Below, piece after piece: positions 14,374-15,538 of a DNA stretch of 15,538 bases (position 1 is its first letter; every line of letters begins with the position of its first letter). The notes below the pieces were generated by a model. The model was given only the letters and a program-made list of their open reading frames with translations. It ran no database searches and was not told where the DNA came from. The stretch is from Verrucomicrobiales bacterium (GTDB taxonomy: Bacteria; Verrucomicrobiota; Verrucomicrobiia; Verrucomicrobiales; SLCJ01): contig JBJTQJ010000101.1 in NCBI GenBank assembly GCA_046075565.1, forward strand, positions 1-15,538. The letters are read 5' to 3'. The position numbers and the translations under genes are program-made.

Positions 14374-15538
14374 ATGAGCTACCGCCCTGAAATTGACGGG
14401 CTGCGTGCAATTGCTGTCTTGGCCGTCGTGCTTTATCATGCCGGCCTCGGTTGTTCGGGTGGCTTTGTTGGAGTGGATGTGTTTTTTGTCATTTCGGGTT
14501 ATCTCATCACTTCCCTAATTCTCAAGGATATTGAGCGCGGCACCTACTCATTGGCAGAGTTTTGGGAGCGTCGCTCCCGCAGGATCATCCCGGCATTGTT
14601 CGTGGTGATTTTGGCGACTTTGCTTGCCGGGGGGGGCATTCTCCTGCCCGCCGATTATTCAGATTTGGGAGAATCAGCCATCGCCCAGACATTTTTTGGC
14701 GCAAACATCCACTTTTGGCTGGATTCAGGTTACTTCGCTGAACCTTCTGCGGAGAAGCCTCTTTTGCATACCTGGTCGCTGGCGGTAGAAGAGCAGTTTT
14801 ATTTGCTTGTCCCTCTCGTGTTCTGGGGAATCTTGAGAAATTCAGGGACCCGATCAAAAAACCGGGCTTTGATCCTGTTCTTCTTTGCCTTTCTGCTCAG
14901 CTTTGCACTCAGCGTGGTAAGGGTGCGGACGAATCCTTCATCCACCTTTTTTTTATTGCCCACACGCGCATGGGAGCTCCTCATGGGCTCGGTCTTGGCC
15001 ATGTTGCCGGCGGGCGCGATGCGTGCTCCACACTGGATCCGGGAAACCATCTGTGCATTGGGCATTGGGTTGATTCTCTGGTCCGTCTTCGCCTACACTG
15101 AGAGCACATTATTCCCGGGTATATCCGCCTTGCCTCCCTGTCTTGGTGCGGCGTTTGTGATCTGGTCGAACACGGGCACGACGACTCGCTGTTCGTCGAT
15201 ACTCCGGACTCGCCCAGTGGTATTCGTGGGCTTGATTTCTTATTCCTTATACCTTTGGCATTGGCCATTGTTTGCCTACGCTACGTATTGGTTTGGCAGT
15301 CATGTGCCTTTGTCCGTTCGTCTGTCGCTGCTTCTTGCCGGATTCGTTTTGGCGATTCTCTCGTGGCGCTATGTCGAAACACCGTTTCGCGCCCGCAAGG
15401 TTTGTGGCACCCGGCGGGGCATTTTCACCTTTGCCGGGTGCAGTTTGCTATGCATGTGCTCCGTTGGCCTGGTGGTTCAAGTAAATGCCGGGTTCCCCGC
15501 CAGACTTTCTCTTGAAGCGCTCTGTTTTGCTGAGGGCA
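14374..15538 (+). CDS. Acyltransferase-3 family O-acyltransferase (OafA/YrhL-like), running off the window end
   Basis: MSYRPEIDGLRAIAVLAVVLYHA...GGFVGVDVFFVISGYLIT...FWERRSRRIIP...HTWSLAVEEQFY...GLISYSLYLWHWP; no stop in the window, so it is missing from the ORF track. Confidence 0.96.
   Translation, partial: MSYRPEIDGLRAIAVLAVVLYHAGLGCSGGFVGVDVFFVISGYLITSLILKDIERGTYSLAEFWERRSRRIIPALFVVILATLLAGGGILLPADYSDLGESAIAQTFFGANIHFWLDSGYFAEPSAEKPLLHTWSLAVEEQFYLLVPLVFWGILRNSGTRSKNRALILFFFAFLLSFALSVVRVRTNPSSTFFLLPTRAWELLMGSVLAMLPAGAMRAPHWIRETICALGIGLILWSVFAYTESTLFPGISALPPCLGAAFVIWSNTGTTTRCSSILRTRPVVFVGLISYSLYLWHWPLFAYATYWFGSHVPLSVRLSLLLAGFVLAILSWRYVETPFRARKVCGTRRGIFTFAGCSLLCMCSVGLVVQVNAGFPARLSLEALCFAEG

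Noticed and set aside
14781-14788. ops/JUMPStart-like GGCGGTAG
   Set aside because: It lies inside the conserved SLAVEEQ codons of the acyltransferase, not in a leader region.

Overview
GC-rich bacterial DNA; a Verrucomicrobia/PVC origin is inferred only from gene content and repeat style. The backbone is a surface-polysaccharide locus: a divergently transcribed outer-membrane beta-barrel gene (95-2155, -), then wza-like (2660-3505), wzc (3584-5821), an EpsI-like gene (6156-6857) and, at the right edge, an OafA-like O-acyltransferase (14374->15538). Between epsI and the acyltransferase is a ~7 kb co-oriented array of small two-gene toxin-antitoxin-like cassettes: three DUF433+PIN(DUF5615), one small antitoxin+MazF, one DUF2281+VapC, one MNT+HEPN, and two copies of a DUF6036-like nucleotidyltransferase+unknown partner. 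Most cassettes have their own sigma70-like promoter ending 5-7 nt before the start codon, which implies leaderless mRNA. Spacers are mosaics of shared palindromes, GTAG-REP-like hairpins and several 7/8-mer tandem repeats. The array is bracketed by a diverged second copy of the epsI 3' end plus downstream DNA. No integrase, transposase or attC sites are visible. Three toxins and one NTase copy are pseudogenes while their partners remain intact. Family names come from motif recognition, not database searches.
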